Source of the DNA: Micromonospora sonneratiae
GTDB lineage: Bacteria; Actinomycetota; Actinomycetes; Mycobacteriales; Micromonosporaceae
Length of the DNA: 64,000 nucleotides
Assembly: GCF_042679305.1 (NCBI RefSeq)
Contig: NZ_JBHTMP010000017.1
Coordinates: 13,551 to 77,550 of the forward strand
Direction of reading: 5' to 3'
Part shown: piece by piece, positions 1 to 10,451 of the stretch
How positions within the stretch are numbered: the stretch's first letter is position 1
How the letters are laid out: every line of letters starts with the position of its first letter
The notes under the pieces: generated by a model
Seen by the model: the letters and a program-made list of their open reading frames with translations, nothing else
Told to the model about the DNA's origin: nothing
Databases searched by the model: none
Position numbers and translations under genes: made by a program

Positions 1-1
1 G

Positions 2-2059
2 ATCGACCCGGTCATCGGCCGGGATGCCGAGATCCGTCGGGTCATCCAGGTGCTGTCCCGCCGTACCAAGAACAACCCGGTCCTGATCGGTGAGCCGGGC
101 GTGGGCAAGACCGCCATCGTCGAAGGCCTGGCCCAGCGCATCGTCGCCGGTGACGTGCCCGAGTCGCTGCGCGACAAGAAGCTGGTCTCGCTCGACCTCG
201 GCGCGATGGTGGCCGGCGCACAGTACCGGGGCCAGTTCGAGGAACGACTCAAGTCCGTACTGGAGGAGATCAAGAACTCGGACGGCCAGGTCATCACCTT
301 CCTCGACGAACTGCACACCGTCGTCGGTGCCGGCAAGGGCGAGGGCTCGATGGACGCCGGCAACATGCTCAAGCCGATGCTGGCCCGGGGCGAACTGCGG
401 ATGGTCGGCGCGACCACCCTCGACGAGTACCGCGAGCACATCGAGAAGGACCCGGCGCTGGAGCGCCGGTTCCAGCCGGTGCTGGTCGGGGAGCCGACCA
501 TCGAGGACACCATCGGCATCCTGCGCGGGCTCAAGGAACGCTACGAGGTCCACCACGGCGTACGCATCACCGACGCCGCCCTGGTCGCCGCCGCGTCGCT
601 CTCCGACCGCTACATCACCGACCGATTCCTGCCGGACAAGGCGATCGACCTGGTCGACGAGTCCGCCTCCCGGCTACGGATGGAGATCGACTCGCGTCCG
701 GTCGAGGTGGACGAGATCGAGCGGGCGGTACGCCGGCTGGAGATCGAGGAGATGGCGCTGGCCAAGGAACCGGACCCGGCCTCGGCGGAGCGGCTGACCC
801 GGTTGCGCAAGGAACTGGCCGACAAGCGGGAACAACTCACCGCGCTCAGCGACCGGTGGAAGCTGGAGAAGGACCACATCACCCGCATCTCCACCGCCAA
901 GGAGGAGCTGGAGCGGCTCGGTGGCGAGGCCGAGCGGGCGGAGCGCGACGGCGAACTGGAACGCGCCGCCGAGCTGCGCTACGGCCGGATCCCCGAGTTG
1001 CGGGCCGACCTCCAGCGGGCCGAGGCGGAACTAGCCGGCATCCAGGCCGACGGCGCGATGCTCAAGGAGGAGGTCGGGGCGGACGACATCGCCGCCGTGG
1101 TCGCCTCATGGACCGGCATCCCGGCCGGTCGGCTGATGGAGGGCGAGACTGCCAAGCTGCTGCGGATGGAGTCGTCCCTGGGAGCCCGGGTGATCGGGCA
1201 GGCCGAGGCCGTCGCCGCCGTCTCCGACGCGGTCCGGCGGGCGCGGGCCGGGGTCGCCGACCCGGACCGGCCCACCGGCAGCTTCCTCTTCCTCGGCCCC
1301 ACCGGGGTCGGGAAGACCGAGCTGGGCAAGGCGCTGGCCGAGTTCCTCTTCGACGACGAGCGGGCCATGGTCCGCATCGACATGAGCGAGTACGCCGAGA
1401 AGCACTCGGTGGCCCGGCTCGTCGGTGCCCCGCCCGGCTACGTCGGGTACGAGGAGGGCGGCCAGTTGACCGAGGCGGTACGCCGCCGGCCGTACTCGGT
1501 GATCCTGCTGGACGAGGTGGAGAAGGCCCACCCGGACGTCTTCGACGTGCTGCTGCAGGTCCTCGACGACGGTCGGCTCACCGACGGGCAGGGTCGTACG
1601 GTCGACTTCCGCAACGCGATCCTGATCCTGACCTCGAACCTCGGCTCGGCAGTGATCGCCGACCCCACCCTCTCCGACGAGCAGCGTCGGGACGCGGTGC
1701 TGGCGGTGGTGCGTTCCCACTTCAAGCCGGAGTTCCTCAACCGACTCGACGACATCGTGGTCTTCGCGGCGCTGACCGGTGAGGAGCTGCGTTCCATCGT
1801 GGACATCCAGATCGGTCGGATGCGTCGGCGGTTGGCCGACCGGCGGCTCACCCTGGACGTCTCCGACGATGCCCGCACCTGGCTGGCCGAGCACGGGTAC
1901 GACCCGATCTACGGTGCTCGGCCGCTGCGCCGGCTGGTGCAGTCGGCGATCGGCGACCGGCTGGCCAAGGCGCTGCTCTCCGGTGAGGTGCGTGACGGAG
2001 ACACGGTCCGGGTGGAGTTGGCCGACGGCAAGGACAGCCTGACGGTCGGCGCGGCCTGA
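2..2059 (+). CDS. clpB: ATP-dependent chaperone ClpB, 5'-truncated; C-terminal ~685 aa are present
   Basis: The reading frame is open from base 2 ([47 protein letters not shown]). Two AAA+ modules are present with Walker A motifs GEPGVGKT and GPTGVGKT, plus the middle coiled-coil domain and a stop at 2057-2059. The first listed Met at position 50 is internal to the protein. Confidence 0.95.
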   Translation: MDPVIGRDAEIRRVIQVLSRRTKNNPVLIGEPGVGKTAIVEGLAQRIVAGDVPESLRDKKLVSLDLGAMVAGAQYRGQFEERLKSVLEEIKNSDGQVITFLDELHTVVGAGKGEGSMDAGNMLKPMLARGELRMVGATTLDEYREHIEKDPALERRFQPVLVGEPTIEDTIGILRGLKERYEVHHGVRITDAALVAAASLSDRYITDRFLPDKAIDLVDESASRLRMEIDSRPVEVDEIERAVRRLEIEEMALAKEPDPASAERLTRLRKELADKREQLTALSDRWKLEKDHITRISTAKEELERLGGEAERAERDGELERAAELRYGRIPELRADLQRAEAELAGIQADGAMLKEEVGADDIAAVVASWTGIPAGRLMEGETAKLLRMESSLGARVIGQAEAVAAVSDAVRRARAGVADPDRPTGSFLFLGPTGVGKTELGKALAEFLFDDERAMVRIDMSEYAEKHSVARLVGAPPGYVGYEEGGQLTEAVRRRPYSVILLDEVEKAHPDVFDVLLQVLDDGRLTDGQGRTVDFRNAILILTSNLGSAVIADPTLSDEQRRDAVLAVVRSHFKPEFLNRLDDIVVFAALTGEELRSIVDIQIGRMRRRLADRRLTLDVSDDARTWLAEHGYDPIYGARPLRRLVQSAIGDRLAKALLSGEVRDGDTVRVELADGKDSLTVGAA

Positions 2060-2068
2060 TCGACGGAG

Positions 2069-2113
2069 CACCGGCGTACCTCGGTCCTGGTTCAGGGTCG
2101 AGGTACGCCGGTG
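2069..2113 (+). terminator. Intrinsic-terminator-like hairpin downstream of clpB
   Basis: Perfect 15-bp inverted repeat CACCGGCGTACCTCG / CGAGGTACGCCGGTG with a 15-nt loop, located 10 nt after the clpB stop codon. Confidence 0.6.
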
Positions 2114-2144
2114 TCGCCATATCGCGGGTGTCGTCATATCACCG

Positions 2145-3164
2145 TTGGCGAATCAATCGGGCGATACCGAAGGTCCAACCAGGACGGTAGCGTCGGGCAC
2201 CGTGAGCCACTCCAATCCAGCGGCCCGGCCACCCCGGCCCTCCAATGTCACCCTCGCCGGCCACCTGCAACTCGCGGCCATGGTGTTGCTGCTGGTCAAC
2301 GTCGGTACACAGATCGCCGGAGCGATCCATTACGACGGCGTGATCGATCGGGCTGGTCGGCTGAGCAGGGTCGACCCGGAGTTGGTGTCGTTGGAGCACG
2401 GCGGCAACGTATTTACCACCGTCGTGGGTACGGTGCTGGCCACCCTGCTGGCGGTGGTGTTTGCGGCCTGCCTCGTGCCACTGCGCCGGGGCAGCAACGT
2501 GGCACGGATACTCATCCTCGTCGCTGCCGGTCTCATCCTGCTGGCCTGCCTCGGCCCGGTCGGGGCCGGCGCGCTGTTCCTGCCGATCGCCTTCATGGCC
2601 TCCCCTTTCCTGGCGGAGGAGCCCTGGTCGGACGTATCGACGCCCGGCGAGACCGAGGCACTGTCCAGGGAGGACGCGTTCTACGAGGCGTTGCTGGACC
2701 CGGCCACCGACCTGTTCCACCTCGGGGTCGGTGCCAGCGCGTTCATCGTTTTCGGTCTGATGGTGGCGGTCGCGGTGCTGGTGCTGCTGCCGTCGGCCAA
2801 CCGCTTCTTCGTACCCCGGCCGGAGGTGCCGGCGTTGCCATGGCCGATGCCGATGCCGATGCCGATGGCTGGCCAGGTCTACTACGGTCACCCGGGTACC
2901 CACTTCCCGCCGGCACATCCGCATCCACAGGGATATCCGTATGTGTTCGTGTACCCGGCCGGGTACTGGCCAGCCGGCGTACCGGGCATGCCAGCCGGCC
3001 CGCAGCCGGACTCGGTCGGCCCGACGGACCCGTCGGACTCGCCCTGGCAACCCGACCCGTCGGACCCGCCCAGCCAGCCGGAACCGGCCGCCCCTGCGAG
3101 CGGACCGGACTCGTCGGGATCCTCATCCTCGGGGGAGGCCTCACCACCGCCGTCCGCCAGCTGA
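2145..3164 (+). CDS. Hypothetical polytopic membrane protein with a Pro-rich C-terminal tail
   Basis: Long ORF with several hydrophobic segments (LLLVNVGTQIAGAI, ILILVAAGLILLACLG, FIVFGLMVAVAVLVLL). A (PM)4 repeat and a P/S/D-rich tail follow. The start codon is uncertain. Confidence 0.5.
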   Translation: MANQSGDTEGPTRTVASGTVSHSNPAARPPRPSNVTLAGHLQLAAMVLLLVNVGTQIAGAIHYDGVIDRAGRLSRVDPELVSLEHGGNVFTTVVGTVLATLLAVVFAACLVPLRRGSNVARILILVAAGLILLACLGPVGAGALFLPIAFMASPFLAEEPWSDVSTPGETEALSREDAFYEALLDPATDLFHLGVGASAFIVFGLMVAVAVLVLLPSANRFFVPRPEVPALPWPMPMPMPMAGQVYYGHPGTHFPPAHPHPQGYPYVFVYPAGYWPAGVPGMPAGPQPDSVGPTDPSDSPWQPDPSDPPSQPEPAAPASGPDSSGSSSSGEASPPPSAS

Positions 3165-3245
3165 CCTGGTCGACCCTTGCCGGGATGCGGCCGTGCACAC
3201 GTTTGTTACCGTCACCGGCCGATCGGGTTGGAGAGGACGGGGCGA

Positions 3246-3902
3246 ATGAACGGCACGCTGGCGTACGTCGTGGTCACGCTGAGTTGTCTTGTCGCGGTTG
3301 CCGGGGTGGTGGTGGCCGTCCTCGCCGTACGGGCGGCCCGGAAGAAGGCGGAGCAGGCCGCCAAGGCGACGAAGACGCCGGCCGACCCGTTCCGGTCCGC
3401 CGACGATGACGCCGACGCGCTGCGGGGGGATCCACGACGGCTACAGCCCGGCGACATCGTGGAGATCCGGCACACGTCGTACGGCGTGCGCGGCACACTA
3501 CGCTTCACCGAGGGGGACTGGAGCTGGACCGAGCACCTGCTCGACGACGCCGGTGGCACGAAGCGCTGGCTCTCCGTCGAGGAGGATCCCGACCTGGAGC
3601 TGGTGCTCTGGACCGAGGAGCCGGCAGCGACGGTGACCCCCGGCAAGCCCACCATCAACTTCGACGGGCGGCGCTTCACCCGCAAGGAGTCGGGCCGGGC
3701 CCGGTACACCGCCATCGGCACCACCGGGCTCAACCCGACCGGCACCGTGGCCTACCACGACTACACGGCCGGCGAGGCGCGGCTGTCGTTCGAGTCGTAC
3801 GGCGACAGCGGCAAGTGGGAGGTGGGCCGGGGCGAGCGGCTGCATCGGGCCGAGGTGCAGATCTACCCACAGGCCGGCCAACCTGGCAAGGTCATCAGCT
3901 GA
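3246..3902 (+). CDS. DUF4178-family protein (N-terminal TM helix)
   Basis: ORF chosen from Met 3246 (MNGTLAYVVVTLSCLVAVAGVVVAVLAV). The sequence resembles the DUF4178 family that commonly precedes DUF4247, DUF350 and spermidine synthase genes. Its stop TGA overlaps the ATG of the next gene. Confidence 0.6.
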   Translation: MNGTLAYVVVTLSCLVAVAGVVVAVLAVRAARKKAEQAAKATKTPADPFRSADDDADALRGDPRRLQPGDIVEIRHTSYGVRGTLRFTEGDWSWTEHLLDDAGGTKRWLSVEEDPDLELVLWTEEPAATVTPGKPTINFDGRRFTRKESGRARYTAIGTTGLNPTGTVAYHDYTAGEARLSFESYGDSGKWEVGRGERLHRAEVQIYPQAGQPGKVIS

Positions 3903-4474
3903 TGCTCGTCACCCTCGACGCCCCGTACGCCGACACCTCGGCCGCCGACCTCAGCTTCGCGCTCGAATCGGCCGAGCGGCCGGCCCTGTACGTGCTCGAC
4001 CTCGTCCTGCCTACGACGACGTCGGCCGACCCCGCAGGAAGCCAGCCCTCCGACCCCGCAGGGAGCCAGCCCTCCGGCGACGACGGGGTACGGCTGCGGC
4101 TGCGGCTGCTCGGGGCCTCACACCAGGTGACGGTGAGCGCCTCCGGTCTCGACTTCGTCGAGACTGTCGCCTGTCTGCCCGGTCGGCAACCCGACCTGCC
4201 CGCCACGGTGGAGGACGCCGCCACCGGCTACCGGTTCACCGCGCGGGTGCTGCGCCTGAACAGCGCGGAACTGGCCGCCCGGTCCGCCGCACTGCGACAG
4301 GAACTCGCCGACGACCCGTACGCGTTGGTCGGGGTCTTCCCCGGCGGGCCGGACGCGATCACCGCGTTGCAGGCCGGAGTCCATGCTGGGGCCGGGATCG
4401 GCTGGCGGACCTGGCATGCCTATCCACAAACCGGAGAACTCGTCGAAACCGAAACGACGGTGAGGATGCGATGA
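3902..4474 (+). CDS. Hypothetical protein (operon member)
   Basis: Its start overlaps the upstream stop (TGATG) and its stop overlaps the downstream ATG (ATGA). No recognisable motif. Confidence 0.5.
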   Translation: MLVTLDAPYADTSAADLSFALESAERPALYVLDLVLPTTTSADPAGSQPSDPAGSQPSGDDGVRLRLRLLGASHQVTVSASGLDFVETVACLPGRQPDLPATVEDAATGYRFTARVLRLNSAELAARSAALRQELADDPYALVGVFPGGPDAITALQAGVHAGAGIGWRTWHAYPQTGELVETETTVRMR

Positions 4475-4896
4475 CGTACCGCAGATGGTTCATCATAGGT
4501 GGGGTGTTTGCGCTGGTCGGAGCGCTGGTGGCGAGCTTCGCCATCTTCTACGGCAGCTTCTCACCGCGCGGCTATGTCAAGGATCGGTACACCCGGGCGG
4601 CGTCCCAGGACATCGGCCAGCAGGCCATGGCGTACACCTCCCGGAAGTCGCCCAGCGCGGTGGCCGCCGAGGTCACCAAGGCCTGGAAGCCCGCCGACCA
4701 GTACGTCGACGGCAGCGGCGTGTACCTGCGCTACGACGACGACTCGGTGGTGATCCTCCCGACCGCCGCCGGCTCGCTGATCCTGTTGGAACGGATGACG
4801 ACCGCCTACCCGCGCTACCGCAGCACCGTCGGTAACTCCTGGGGTTGGGGTCGGGGCACCACGGTCCGGGGCGGTGGCCCCGGCTCAGGCAAGTAG
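4471..4896 (+). CDS. DUF4247-family membrane-anchored protein
   Basis: N-terminal TM helix (WFIIGGVFALVGALVASFAIFYG) and ATGA overlap with the upstream gene. The sequence fits the DUF4247 family found in this conserved cluster. Confidence 0.6.
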   Translation: MTYRRWFIIGGVFALVGALVASFAIFYGSFSPRGYVKDRYTRAASQDIGQQAMAYTSRKSPSAVAAEVTKAWKPADQYVDGSGVYLRYDDDSVVILPTAAGSLILLERMTTAYPRYRSTVGNSWGWGRGTTVRGGGPGSGK

Positions 4897-4951
4897 TCCG
4901 GGCGGCAGCCCGTCACCCCCTCAACACCCCTCACCCTTGGAGTCGAAGTTG

Positions 4952-5371
4952 ATGACCCTCGCCACCGACCTGCTGGTCACCCTCGCGTACGGCGTGGTCG
5001 GCGTCCTGCTCATGGGGATCGGCTACGTCCTGGTCGACGTCGCCACCCCGGGCCGGCTACGGGAACTGATCTGGGTCGACCGGAACCGTAACGCCGCACT
5101 GTTGCTGGCCTCCAACCTGCTCGGCGTCGGCATCATCGTGGTCGCCGCCATCGTCAGCAGTGCGGACGACTTCGTCGCCGGGATCATCGGCAGCGCCGCG
5201 TACGGCATCCTCGGTCTGGTCATCATGTCCGCCGCGTTCCTGCTGCTCGACCTGGCCACCCCGGGCCGGCTGGGTGAGATCCTGGTCGACCCGGAGCCGC
5301 ACCCGGCGGTCTGGGTCTCCGCAGTGATCCACCTCGCCACCGGTGCCGTCGTCGCCGCGGCGATAAGTTGA
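4952..5371 (+). CDS. DUF350-family small membrane protein
   Basis: Two repeated halves, each with the hallmark (L/V)LDLATPGRLxELI motif of DUF350. GGAG is located 9 nt upstream of the ATG. Confidence 0.7.
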   Translation: MTLATDLLVTLAYGVVGVLLMGIGYVLVDVATPGRLRELIWVDRNRNAALLLASNLLGVGIIVVAAIVSSADDFVAGIIGSAAYGILGLVIMSAAFLLLDLATPGRLGEILVDPEPHPAVWVSAVIHLATGAVVAAAIS

Positions 5372-6198
5372 TGGCGGTCAAGAAGGGCGCTGCGGCGACG
5401 AAGGCCGCAGGCAAGAACGAGGGCTGGAAGGCCTTCGGCTGGATCATGGGCGTTACGGCGGCCATCATCGCCGGCATCCTCGTCTTCTCGGACACGGACA
5501 ACGACACCATGGTGCCCGCGCCGACCGCCACCGAGCGCACCGACACGGTCGCGATCCTCACCCGGGCCAGCCAGGCACAGAACATCTGCTACGGCTGGCA
5601 ACTGGAGGGCGGCTACCGCAGCGACGCGGTCAGCGTCGGCTCCAACCTCGGTGACAACGTGCCGGTCGACGAGGACCCGACCCGCTGCCCGCGCTGGATC
5701 CTGGTCACCGCCGACGTCAACTACACGTCGGAGAGCAGCGAGAGCAACGACTGGGTCTACGTCAACGTGAGAAGCTCCAGCGACCTTTCGACGATCGGCT
5801 TCACGGCCGGGTTGGAGCAGCTCGGGGTCGACGACGACGCCTTCCTCGACGAGCCGGGCTGGGCCATCACCCGGGCCGCCGTCTTCCTACCGCTGCTGGC
5901 GGCCGAGCATGGGCTGGCTGAGCCCGTACCGGTCGTCACGGCGGATCCCGACCCCACCGCGTCGGTTCCGCCGCTACCCGCCGCAGGCAACGACTTCCTG
6001 CGCGACCGCTGGGCCTACCTGCTCGGCGTGGCAGGCCTACTGCTCGTCACGGTGCTGTTCGTGACGATCGGACTGGTGCAGCGCCGGCGTCGGTCGGCCG
6101 AACTCGTCGCCGCCGAACGTCGTGCCGCGTTGATCGCCGAGCGGCGGGCCAGCCGTGCTGGCGGATCAACGTTCTCCCAGAGCAAACGGAAGAAATGA
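5371..6198 (+). CDS. Hypothetical membrane protein (N-terminal and C-terminal TM helices, basic tail)
   Basis: ATGA overlap with the DUF350 stop codon. TM helices WIMGVTAAIIAGILVF and YLLGVAGLLLVTVLFVTIGLV. Confidence 0.6.
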   Translation: MAVKKGAAATKAAGKNEGWKAFGWIMGVTAAIIAGILVFSDTDNDTMVPAPTATERTDTVAILTRASQAQNICYGWQLEGGYRSDAVSVGSNLGDNVPVDEDPTRCPRWILVTADVNYTSESSESNDWVYVNVRSSSDLSTIGFTAGLEQLGVDDDAFLDEPGWAITRAAVFLPLLAAEHGLAEPVPVVTADPDPTASVPPLPAAGNDFLRDRWAYLLGVAGLLLVTVLFVTIGLVQRRRRSAELVAAERRAALIAERRASRAGGSTFSQSKRKK

Positions 6199-7778
6199 CC
6201 ACCACCACCTCACCCCCTGCCCCACCGACCGTCCCCCGCTGGCGGCTGGCCCGCGCCTCCGTACTGGTCGCGGTCTTCGTCTGTGCCGCCTGCGGGCTGG
6301 TCTACGAACTCGCCCTGGTCGCGCTCGGCAGCTACCTGATCGGCGACACGGTGGGGCAGGCCTCCATCGTGCTCGGCGTGATGGTCTTCGCGATGGGTGT
6401 CGGCGCGCTGGCCGCCAAACCCTTCCAGTCGAAGGCCGCTGCCGCGTTCGCGGCCGTGGAACTCACCCTCGCGTTGCTCGGCGGACTCTCCGTGCTCGGG
6501 CTCTACGCCGCCTTCGCCTGGCTCGACCTCTACGCCCCCGCGCTGGTCGCCACCGCGTTCGTACTCGGCCTGCTGATCGGTGCGGAGATTCCGCTGCTGA
6601 TGGTGCTCCTCCAGCGCATCCGTGAGCAGTCCGCCGGCAGCGCGGTCGCGGACCTGTTCGCCGCCGACTACGTCGGTGCCCTCCTCGGTGGGCTGGCCTT
6701 CCCGTTCCTGCTGATGCCCGTCTTCGGGCAACTACGCGGCGCGCTGGTCGTCGGCGCGGTGAACGCGATCGCCGGACTCGCCCTGGTCTTCACCGTCTTC
6801 CGGAAGGACCTGAGCCGCCGGGCACGTACCGTGCTCACCGCCGGCTCCGTCGTGGTCATGGTCTGCCTCGGGTACGCCTACGCGGTGGCGCACGACTTCG
6901 AGGTGACCGCACGTCAGCAGCTCTACCGTGATCCGGTGGTGCACGCCGAGCGCAGCCGCTACCAGGAGATCGTGCTGACCCGGTCGGTTCCGATGGTCTC
7001 GCAGGGCGTCACCGACCTGCGCCTCTACCTGAACGGGGACCTCCAGTTCAGCTCCGTCGACGAGTACCGCTACCACGAGGCGATCGTGCACCCGGTGCTG
7101 CGTGGCACCCGGGGATCGGTGCTGGTGCTCGGCGGTGGTGACGGGCTGGCCGTACGGGAGGTGCTGCGCTACCCCGACGTGAACTCGGTGACCGTGGTCG
7201 AGCTGGACCCGGCGGTGGTGCAGTTGGCCCGGACCGAGCCGCAGCTGCGCACCCTCAACCGTGGGGCGTTCGACGACCCCCGGGTACGCCTGGTGCACAC
7301 CGACGCCTTCGGCTGGCTGCGGGAGGTACGTGAGCGGTTCGACGCCGTCATCGTGGACCTGCCGGACCCGGACGAGACCGCCACCGCGAAGCTCTACTCG
7401 ATCGAGTTCTACACGCTGGTCCGGGCGGTGCTGGCCGACGGGGCGCGGATGGTGGTGCAGTCCGGCTCGCCCTACTTCGCGCCCCGGTCGTACTGGTGCA
7501 TCGAGCAGTCGATCCGTGCCGCCGGTTTCGCCACCACCCCGTACCACGTGGACGTGCCGTCCTTCGGCGACTGGGGCTTCCATCTCGCGAGCGCGGGTCC
7601 GGCCGCACCGGCGCTCGGCCTACCCGCCGACGTGCCGCAGTTGCGCTATCTCGACGCCGGCACGCTCGAAGCCGCCACCCACTTCCCGCCGGACCGGTCG
7701 CGGGTCGACGTGCCAGCCTCGACGCTGCTGCACCCCCGGGTGCTGGAGTTCGCCCGCGCCGAGTGGCGTAGCTACTGA
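6195..7778 (+). CDS. speE: Polyamine aminopropyltransferase (spermidine-synthase-like) with N-terminal polytopic membrane domain
   Basis: The C-terminal half carries the spermidine synthase fold motifs VLVLGGGDGLAVREVL, VTVVELDP and VIVDLPDP. The N-terminal ~200 aa contain 6-7 TM helices. ATGA overlap with the upstream gene. Confidence 0.8.
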   Translation: MTTTTSPPAPPTVPRWRLARASVLVAVFVCAACGLVYELALVALGSYLIGDTVGQASIVLGVMVFAMGVGALAAKPFQSKAAAAFAAVELTLALLGGLSVLGLYAAFAWLDLYAPALVATAFVLGLLIGAEIPLLMVLLQRIREQSAGSAVADLFAADYVGALLGGLAFPFLLMPVFGQLRGALVVGAVNAIAGLALVFTVFRKDLSRRARTVLTAGSVVVMVCLGYAYAVAHDFEVTARQQLYRDPVVHAERSRYQEIVLTRSVPMVSQGVTDLRLYLNGDLQFSSVDEYRYHEAIVHPVLRGTRGSVLVLGGGDGLAVREVLRYPDVNSVTVVELDPAVVQLARTEPQLRTLNRGAFDDPRVRLVHTDAFGWLREVRERFDAVIVDLPDPDETATAKLYSIEFYTLVRAVLADGARMVVQSGSPYFAPRSYWCIEQSIRAAGFATTPYHVDVPSFGDWGFHLASAGPAAPALGLPADVPQLRYLDAGTLEAATHFPPDRSRVDVPASTLLHPRVLEFARAEWRSY

Positions 7779-7922
7779 CCTGCGTGTCATTACCACAACG
7801 ACGTGGTGGTTCGGGTCGTCACGCTAGCGACGTGCAGATACGGTGAGTTCTCGTCACAAGGGCAACATCAGAGGCAAGGGTCCGGCGGTCCGGTTGGCGG
7901 GCAGCCCTACGGAAGGAGCACC

Positions 7923-8678
7923 GTGTCGGTTCCGATGAGTCCGGTTGCGCCGGCGGGCGGGCAGCGCCCGGGCGTCGTCAGCATTTCCAGCTATCTACTT
8001 TTCCTGGTCGCCGGGTTGCAGGTGCTCGGGCTCATCATGGCGCTGATGGTGATGAGCACCTTCAACGAGGTCTACGAGGAGCTGTACGCCGGTACCGAGA
8101 TCGCCGATGCGGCCACCACGATCGCCACGATCACCCTGATCGGTACGTCGATCGTCAGCCTGCTCATCGCGGCGGGTCTGGTGCTGCTGGCCATCTTCAA
8201 CCTCAAGGGCAAGAACCCGTCCCGGATCGTGACCTGGGTCGTGGGCGGCATCTTCGTCTGCTGCTCCGGCTTCGGACTGCTGGGGTCGGCCGTCGGCGGC
8301 ATGATGCCCACGGAGACGGGTGGCACCACGACCGGGCCGGATCCGGCCGAGGTCCAGGAGGTCCTGTCCGACCGGCTGCCCGGCTTCTACGAGCCGCTCA
8401 GCCTCGCCATCAACGTGATTACGGTGATCGCGCTGCTGGTGTCGCTGATCCTGCTGGCCCTGCCCGCCGCCAACGAGTACTTCCGTAAGCCCCAGGCTGC
8501 CGGCTGGGAGCCGCCGGTACCGGGTGCCGCCTACCCGGGATACCCACAGGCGCAGCAGCCGTACCAGACCGAACAGCCGCCGTACCCGGGCCAGCAGCCG
8601 CCGTACCCCGGCGGGCAGCAGCCGCCGTACCCGGGTGGGCAGCAGCCGCCGTACCCGCCGGCACCGCCGGCGAGCTGA
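7923..8678 (+). CDS. Membrane protein with C-terminal QQPPYPGG repeats
   Basis: Four hydrophobic helices followed by a Q/P/Y tandem-repeat tail. AAGGAG lies just upstream of GTG 7923. ATG 7935 is an alternative start. Confidence 0.55.
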   Translation: MSVPMSPVAPAGGQRPGVVSISSYLLFLVAGLQVLGLIMALMVMSTFNEVYEELYAGTEIADAATTIATITLIGTSIVSLLIAAGLVLLAIFNLKGKNPSRIVTWVVGGIFVCCSGFGLLGSAVGGMMPTETGGTTTGPDPAEVQEVLSDRLPGFYEPLSLAINVITVIALLVSLILLALPAANEYFRKPQAAGWEPPVPGAAYPGYPQAQQPYQTEQPPYPGQQPPYPGGQQPPYPGGQQPPYPPAPPAS

Positions 8679-8700
8679 TCGCAAAAGGTAGATCGTCGCG

Positions 8701-8746
8701 GATCCCCCCGAGTAGGTTCCAGTATCCAGGGACACTCGGGGGGATC
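8701..8746. terminator. Perfect 13-bp inverted repeat hairpin between the repeat-tailed membrane protein and the SDR gene
   Basis: GATCCCCCCGAGT (20-nt loop) ACTCGGGGGGATC, followed by TTTCAATTC. Confidence 0.5.
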
Positions 8747-8801
8747 TTTCAATTCGCGTATCCACCCCGGCCATCGACCGCGCCGACCTGAGGAGACCGC
8801 C

Positions 8802-9653
8802 GTGTCCACAGCGCCCGACCCGCACCGCGCCGATCCCGACCCGGCTGCGCCGTACCCGCCGTCGCCGGGTTCGGGACGACGGGCGATCATCACCGGGGCG
8901 ACGGCCGGGATCGGCGCGGCGTTCGCCCGGCGGCTGGCCCAGGACGGCTGTCGGCTCGTCCTCGTTGCCCGGGACGAGCAGCGGCTGGCCGAGTCGGCGG
9001 CGGAGCTGTCCGACCGCTACGGCGCTACGGTGACCGTGCTTCCGGCGGATCTGTCCACTGACGAAGGCTGTGCAGCGGTCGAGGAGCAGCTCCGCGAGCC
9101 GGTGGATCTGTTGGTCAACAACGCCGGCATCAGCCTCAACCGCTCGTTCCTGCGCTCGACCGTGGCGGACGAGACGCGGCTGCTGCGGCTCAACGTGCAC
9201 GCGGTCATGCGGCTGACCCTCGCCGTACTGCCCGGCATGGTCGATCGTCGACATGGGGCAGTGATAAATGTCTCTTCGGTTGCTGGCTTCGGCGCACTGA
9301 TGCCCGGATCGACCTACCCGGCCAGCAAGGCATGGGTGACAAATTTCAGCGAGTCGATGGCCCAGTCGGTACGACGCTACGGCGTACGGGTGATGGCGCT
9401 CTGCCCCGGCTACACCCGTACGGAGTTTCACGACCGGGCCGGCATCAACATGTCGAAGACGCCCGGGTGGATGTGGCTGCGGGCCGATGACGTGGTCCGG
9501 GATGCCCTACGTGACCTGGGGAAAGGCAAAATCGTCAGCGTTCCCGACTGGAAGTACAAGGTCGCCGTCTTCGGTATGCGGCACACGCCGGGCGGGCTGC
9601 TGCGGGCGGTCGGACGCAAGGGCCGGGGACGGCTCGGACGTGAGGAACGGTGA
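8802..9653 (+). CDS. SDR-family NAD(P)-dependent oxidoreductase
   Basis: TGATAGIGAAFA Rossmann motif, NNAG motif and catalytic YxxxK region. GGAG lies upstream of the GTG start. Confidence 0.85.
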   Translation: MSTAPDPHRADPDPAAPYPPSPGSGRRAIITGATAGIGAAFARRLAQDGCRLVLVARDEQRLAESAAELSDRYGATVTVLPADLSTDEGCAAVEEQLREPVDLLVNNAGISLNRSFLRSTVADETRLLRLNVHAVMRLTLAVLPGMVDRRHGAVINVSSVAGFGALMPGSTYPASKAWVTNFSESMAQSVRRYGVRVMALCPGYTRTEFHDRAGINMSKTPGWMWLRADDVVRDALRDLGKGKIVSVPDWKYKVAVFGMRHTPGGLLRAVGRKGRGRLGREER

Positions 9654-9845
9654 TCCGACAACTGTTCGACAAATCTGTTCGCAGCCGGTTTTCCGGTCGT
9701 GCAGACGGGACGGTGGGCCCCACGTTGGAACCGGTTGGATTGATACGGAGAGTAGTCGGATAGGGCTGTCTCTGACCCTTCCGCAGCCGTGCCAGTCCGT
9801 ATCTGCCCGGGTCATCCGTTCGGTCAATAGAGTCGCGCAGTACCC

Positions 9846-10394
9846 TTGTCCGCCATGGGGGACCACGACGACCTGCGTAAATTCATCACTGACCTAGCTG
9901 TTGTACATGGACGGGTGGTGTTGTCGTCAGGTCGAGAAGCGGACTGGTACGTCGATCTGCGTCGCGTGACGCTCCATCACGCGGCGGCACCGTTGGTTGG
10001 TCGGGTACTCCTCGACCTCACCTCAGACTGGGAGTACGACGCGGTCGGTGGCCTGACGCTGGGCGCCGACCCGGTAGCCCTCTCGATGCTGCACGCGGCT
10101 TCCGCGACGCGGCCTGGGCTGGACGCCTTTGTGGTACGTAAATCAGAGAAGACGCACGGGTTGCAGCGTCGGATCGAAGGCCCGAATGTGGCCGGCCGCC
10201 GGGTGTTGGCGGTGGAAGATACCTCGACAACGGGGGGCAGTGTCCTCACCGCCGTCGAGGCGTTGCAAGAGGCCGGGGCCGAAGTCGTGGGTGTTGCGGT
10301 TATTGTTGATCGTGGCGCCGGCGACGCGGTGCGAGCCGCCGGATTGCCGTACCGGGCGGCCTATACGTTGGCTGACCTCGGCCTTGTGGCCTAA
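9846..10394 (+). CDS. pyrE: Orotate phosphoribosyltransferase
   Basis: PRPP-binding motif VLAVEDTSTTGGS and overall OPRTase architecture. The start is TTG 9846 or ATG 9855. Confidence 0.85.
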   Translation: MSAMGDHDDLRKFITDLAVVHGRVVLSSGREADWYVDLRRVTLHHAAAPLVGRVLLDLTSDWEYDAVGGLTLGADPVALSMLHAASATRPGLDAFVVRKSEKTHGLQRRIEGPNVAGRRVLAVEDTSTTGGSVLTAVEALQEAGAEVVGVAVIVDRGAGDAVRAAGLPYRAAYTLADLGLVA

Positions 10395-10451
10395 AAATTT
10401 GCCGATTCGGATCTGCTGATATGCAGGCGGGTCGATGCTGCTGGTGGAAGG

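Noticed and set aside
856-2137. Several long ORFs overlapping clpB in other frames or on the opposite strand (856..1782 +, 1106..2137 -, 979..1383 -)
   Set aside because: Arg/Pro/Gly-rich low-complexity translations typical of out-of-frame high-GC DNA. They are fully contained in a well-supported conserved gene.
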